Source of the DNA: Barthelona sp. PCE
Taxonomy: Eukaryota
Assembly: GCA_040285745.1 (NCBI GenBank)
Contig: JAUFOR010000003.1
Location: forward strand, 310,001-374,000
DNA: 64,000 nt
Direction of reading: 5' to 3'
The notes under the pieces are model-generated. The model made no database searches. It was not told the origin of the DNA and worked only from the letters and a program-made list of their open reading frames with translations. A program made the position numbers and the translations under genes. This document shows, one piece after another, positions 59,734 to 64,000 of this stretch. Numbering within the stretch: position 1 is the stretch's first letter; each line of letters opens with the position of its first letter.

Positions 59734-61422
59734 ATGGCCAATCCAACCAACAAAAGAAGGCGTACTATGTTGCCTACTGATAGGCGCATGACAATGGCGG
59801 AGCGTCCAGTCGAACCGCAACGTCAGAATCGTGAAAAAGCGGAACAGAATGATGATGAACTTCTACATGACATAATTGAATACATTGCTCTCAATGAACT
59901 GCACCAGGGTCACATTGGTTCAAAGAATAGCCTGTCTAAGAACATTGTGATTAAGCTTTTTGATCATATGATCACAGAATTAGGTTTTCGTTCAGGATTA
60001 GAAAGTGCAGAGCAACTTTATCGGGTGGTGCACCGCATTTCACGTAAGAATACTCAAGCAAAGATTCCACAAGAAGAGAAATTACTGATTTTTCAGTATT
60101 GGGAGATTGCGGAAAGATTTGGTTGTGATATAAAACCGCCTAAGCGCATTAGTGCTACGTCAGCTGTATATCTGAAGCCTATTCTAAAGCTCTTTACATT
60201 TTTCCGTACTATATTAGAATTGCAAGACAATATTAAGAGATATGTTGATAAGATGCCATTGCAAACTGACAATGTTCATATTGCACTGCAAAACAACTTC
60301 GATGAGGTACTGCAGCACGTTGTACAGCACAAGGATATTGAATTTGTGAATAACCAACAGGAAAAACTTGTTTCGAAATTAGAGAGCAATTTAGATGTTC
60401 AACGAGTTTTATCCAACAAACTTGACCGTCAATATACAGATTTGGATTTACGTATTCGTCGTTATGCAAATGAACGTCCGGATATTGTCGAGGTTGAGTC
60501 TGAAATAGCAGAATTACAATCACAGCTTGAAAACGCCAAAAACATTCGTGAGCGTATTGCACGTGAGAACGAGCAGACTGAACTGGAGATAGAGTACGAA
60601 ATGAAGAAATGTGATGATACCAATACACGTTTGTTAGCCTTAAAGTCAGAGGCAGAAGATTTGCAAACAAAACAGTTGCGTCGTAACCAGGATCTTGAGT
60701 CAGTTAAGGACGACCTGGAAAGGAAGCGCACCCTTGAGCAAAGAAACGCTGTACTGAAACCACAGTTGCAAAGTTTACAGAAGAAGTACATTGAGGTTGA
60801 AGATGATGTGCATTTCAGAACTGAAGAGATTACCATGCTTCGCCAGTCGTTCCTCAATCTTCAGAACGAATGTGGTGTATCAGTGAATGTTGAGAAACTG
60901 GACACACGTGAAATGACCGATGCAATTTTTGATATTGGTGCCAAAGTGGAAGATGTTGTTGATGCACTTGATGCATTGCGGGGCGAGAGAACCGAACGTG
61001 AGAACGGCATGTACGACCAGCAGCAGATGATAGACGAACGCAGACGAAACATCAAGGTTTGTACTGATGATATTGAGCGTATGCAAAAGAGACTAAGGAG
61101 TGATCGTTCCATGTTAGAGAAAACACGTGCAGAGTATGCGAGATTGAAGCATGAGTATGACAAGTCCAAGAATGATCAAGAAGAGTCTGTTCAAAAGCGA
61201 GTTGTTGAACGTGATCATTTGAAAAAAGAATGTATTAAGATTAGGAGGCAAGTATCAGACAGTATGGAGCAGTTAGAAAAGTATGCACTAGAGATGGGTT
61301 CCTATTTTGATCGTGCTAAAGAGGAAGTATTTAGAAGTGTTGATGCAGGTAATGCTCAGTTGCAATTGGTTCATGAACATATTCGAACACTGGTGAAACA
61401 AATGAGAATGGATCTTTCATGA
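59734..61422 (+). CDS. Ndc80-like kinetochore protein (basic tail, CH-like domain, long coiled coil)
   Basis: Basic N-tail RRRTMLPT; helical domain (IIEYI...SK..VIKLFDHM...FGC...PIL.LF.FF); ~400-aa coiled coil. Confidence 0.5.
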   Translation: MANPTNKRRRTMLPTDRRMTMAERPVEPQRQNREKAEQNDDELLHDIIEYIALNELHQGHIGSKNSLSKNIVIKLFDHMITELGFRSGLESAEQLYRVVHRISRKNTQAKIPQEEKLLIFQYWEIAERFGCDIKPPKRISATSAVYLKPILKLFTFFRTILELQDNIKRYVDKMPLQTDNVHIALQNNFDEVLQHVVQHKDIEFVNNQQEKLVSKLESNLDVQRVLSNKLDRQYTDLDLRIRRYANERPDIVEVESEIAELQSQLENAKNIRERIARENEQTELEIEYEMKKCDDTNTRLLALKSEAEDLQTKQLRRNQDLESVKDDLERKRTLEQRNAVLKPQLQSLQKKYIEVEDDVHFRTEEITMLRQSFLNLQNECGVSVNVEKLDTREMTDAIFDIGAKVEDVVDALDALRGERTERENGMYDQQQMIDERRRNIKVCTDDIERMQKRLRSDRSMLEKTRAEYARLKHEYDKSKNDQEESVQKRVVERDHLKKECIKIRRQVSDSMEQLEKYALEMGSYFDRAKEEVFRSVDAGNAQLQLVHEHIRTLVKQMRMDLS

Positions 61423-61430
61423 TAGCACAT

Positions 61431-62504
61431 TTATTCATCTCCAAACGAAAGTATGGTATCCAATTCTGTAAGAACGTATAGAGCACCATCCGAGAATAAT
61501 TCAATTTGTTCAAGTTCAACCATAAGATCAATTGCACGAATTGCTATATCAACCATTCCTTCCTTGGCAGCTGCCAAAATAATAGAGCCAAAAGCGTCTA
61601 AAAAGTTGATACTGTCTTGGGTGTGATACTCTTCTTCTTGAACCATAATACCACAAACTTCCATCATCATTGCAATGAGATCGTATGATTCCATGATGCG
61701 CTCGGGATATTCAACAACGAGATCTACAATAATAGGAAATATCAAACGGCCAATAATAGGGTCCAAGTGTTGAATGGTCATGATAGCAGCTATATTATCT
61801 TCTAATTCAACCATATTCTTGTTTTCCATGTATAAGTTCAGATGTGATGCAGCAATACCAATCATTTCTGTTGTAATATCTTCATCAATTGATTGTAAAA
61901 ACAAAAGTGCTTTACCTGCCGGACATACTTGATCAGAAGTAAAACAGCGCTTTGCTAATTCTACTAATCTGTCATCGATTATCTCAGAAACTTCCATATC
62001 TTCATCGATTGTGATACATCCGCTGAGAAGAATACCTAGAAAACGTCTGCAATAGTCAAAGTTGAAATTACCTGCAATGAACTCTAAGATTTGTTCTGGG
62101 ATCTTCTGAGGATCTTCTGCATTGAATGAAAATGGACTTTCTTCACAGTTTGCAAAATAAATGGCAACAGCAAATTGCTTATAATGTCCATCAAATAACC
62201 GTTCAAAAAACTGATTTGGGTATAGATCGAGGATGTTGTGATGCTTTAAACGATCAACAATTGCAAGACCTTCCAAGAAATTTTTCTTGAACGTGTTCTC
62301 ATTTGGCAGACTTGTAAATTTGATGAGTATGTATTCTTCGATAGGTAAGGTGTCCTTTTCGTCATTGTCAACGAAGAGCTGTGTAAATAACTGAGTTGGA
62401 TCGGCTCTCAAAGCTTCTTTGAGCGAATCCTCTTCAATAAAGTTGGAGAGAAACCCTGAAAACGCTTCTTTTTCAAAGTCGCTTAATTTAAAGTGATCAA
62501 TCAT
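61431..62504 (-). CDS. Acidic ARM/HEAT-like hypothetical protein
   Basis: ORF from ATG 62504, all-helical amphipathic pattern. Confidence 0.6.
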   Translation of the reverse strand: MIDHFKLSDFEKEAFSGFLSNFIEEDSLKEALRADPTQLFTQLFVDNDEKDTLPIEEYILIKFTSLPNENTFKKNFLEGLAIVDRLKHHNILDLYPNQFFERLFDGHYKQFAVAIYFANCEESPFSFNAEDPQKIPEQILEFIAGNFNFDYCRRFLGILLSGCITIDEDMEVSEIIDDRLVELAKRCFTSDQVCPAGKALLFLQSIDEDITTEMIGIAASHLNLYMENKNMVELEDNIAAIMTIQHLDPIIGRLIFPIIVDLVVEYPERIMESYDLIAMMMEVCGIMVQEEEYHTQDSINFLDAFGSIILAAAKEGMVDIAIRAIDLMVELEQIELFSDGALYVLTELDTILSFGDE

Positions 62505-62649
62505 GTTGTGTGTTTTGTAAAAGGCGAAAAATGGTTTCACACATTTTATCCTTATTGTAGACTGTCAGTTGCTTTTTAAATGGCAGCACGGAGTTCCAAA
62601 GAAAGTAAAATGTTTGTTGTTAGATGAAGAAAAAACCTGTTTTCATAAA

Positions 62650-63196
62650 AATGACCTATTCATTTCTTTTAGTTTTAATCTATCTGCTACAAGCTGTAAG
62701 TGCCTTCAAAGGTGACCTGAGCTATCATATAGTTGTGGTTGTTGGAAAAAATGTGGATTCCTGCGATTGTGAGCTTTCATTGTTCAATGAAACTGACTTC
62801 TATATCACTAAGGCTCATTATGTCAACACAATTACCGATGTGCGAGTAGGAGAAACGTATGAAGCATATTTGAGTTGTCTGAAGTGCTCTCTTGTCAAAA
62901 ACCAAGCAGTAGTAACGATTTCTGATAAAGTTTATCAGACAGCATTCTTCATTATTGCTCATCCGGCTAGGGCAAGATGTACTCGGACCACAAATCAACT
63001 ATTTTTGCGTGAGTATTTAAACAGTTTTATTCCTGCTCCTCCTCCTCAGTATTATGCCCTATCACATCGTTTTTATCAGAAAAGAATTCCAAAAAACAAA
63101 GTATTTCAAATTAAATCAATAATTTATATTGTTTTGCTTTTTATAGGAGTACTATTTAATGAAAAAACAAATTATTTTCAACGAATTTTACAATAA
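62650..63196 (+). CDS. Type I membrane protein (signal peptide, small beta domain, C-terminal TM)
   Basis: MTYSFLLVLIYLLQAVSA signal-like segment; C-terminal IIYIVLLFIGVLF. Start position approximate (alternative ATG 62624). Confidence 0.5.
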
Positions 63197-63204
63197 TTAC
63201 ACTA

Positions 63205-63954
63205 CTATAGACCATCAACCATCTTCCAAACGCATACATCTGTTGGTTGTTTTGTCGCATAATTCTTCTGAGTCTCAACGACGATTTCGTAATCTAAACC
63301 GTATATGTTCTGCAAAGGAGTGTTGTGGATTGAGACACATTGTCCTGTAAAGTGATGATAGAATAAACATCCTTCATTAGGTTGAACGGGGGTTCCTACA
63401 TAGTCTTCCCTGAAGCTAGGGTCAATATGAGTGAATGTGAAAAGAGAGCGTTGATGATCAATGGGTGCAAGATACAAAACTTGTTTCTGACTGACTAAAG
63501 TTTGCAAGTTAAAAGATTTGGTTGCTGAGTGAAGGTACATGGGTTCGGGGAAGATATCAGAGGCCAGTCGCAACCTGAAAAGATCTCCATAGCATAATTC
63601 AACATCTAAATTGTCAACTTTTTCTAACACAAAGACTCCTCTTTTATCGACCTTGGAATTCATTGAGGCATTGACATAGTACTGCTTTGACACAAAATTT
63701 AAAGGGTCAGCGTTATTTACGCTTAAAAAGGAATTAGGATATTTTTCTGAACAGCTTTTAATGATAACTGCATCACCATGTGTCAATTGACCATCGTTGC
63801 TAATCGCTCCATTTGCTTCTGCTACGCTTGAAATGAAGGAACTCATAGTAGATTCCATGTGCATGTCTGTTCCATGCTGTAACGTATCATTTTCTGCTAC
63901 ACGCTGCTCATACCAGTTTCCGAGCAATGTTCGGGCTGAGAATTCAAGTGTCAT
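63205..63954 (-). CDS. CFAP161: Cilia- and flagella-associated protein 161
   Basis: FSARTLLGNWYE, L.HGD, L.YGD.FRL, DP..R...G.PV..N, H..TGQ, YG...E pattern. Confidence 0.82.
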   Translation of the reverse strand: MTLEFSARTLLGNWYEQRVAENDTLQHGTDMHMESTMSSFISSVAEANGAISNDGQLTHGDAVIIKSCSEKYPNSFLSVNNADPLNFVSKQYYVNASMNSKVDKRGVFVLEKVDNLDVELCYGDLFRLRLASDIFPEPMYLHSATKSFNLQTLVSQKQVLYLAPIDHQRSLFTFTHIDPSFREDYVGTPVQPNEGCLFYHHFTGQCVSIHNTPLQNIYGLDYEIVVETQKNYATKQPTDVCVWKMVDGL

Positions 63955-64000
63955 TCTTGATAGGGGAAAAAATTTGAAAGCTGAGTGTATTGAACGAATC

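Noticed and set aside
1-64000. tRNA, rRNA or spliceosomal snRNA genes
   Set aside because: None recognised by eye; a covariance-model scan would be needed to exclude divergent ones.

Overview
Gene-dense, AT-rich eukaryotic DNA in the standard genetic code, with no introns evident and very short intergenic gaps. About 37 protein-coding genes. Markers point to an anaerobic flagellated protist: PPi-dependent phosphofructokinase, an archaeal-type SufC-SufB (SmsCB) fusion, the flagellar protein CFAP161, kinesin-3, AP-3 sigma, syntaxin-5, eIF4G, DIM1 and AIP1. A free-living metamonad such as the Barthelona/Skoliomonas group is plausible, but that is inference. The most striking item is a ~1,740-aa protein (9837-15047) in which several WD40/beta-propellers precede an internal MLKL-like four-helix bundle, a brace-like segment and a TKL kinase with a DFN motif. 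This looks like a one-chain sensor-executioner cell-death or immunity candidate. Other items of note: the SmsCB fusion, a SPIRAL2/TORTIFOLIA1-like protein, divergent Ndc80- and Ska-like candidates, a CaaX-ended kinesin-3, a bacterial-type secreted DUF4185/DUF5005-like protein, two paralogue pairs of unknown family, and a perfect 17-bp inverted repeat next to a possibly mobile or decayed region at the left edge. All family calls come from motif recognition by eye; no searches were run.
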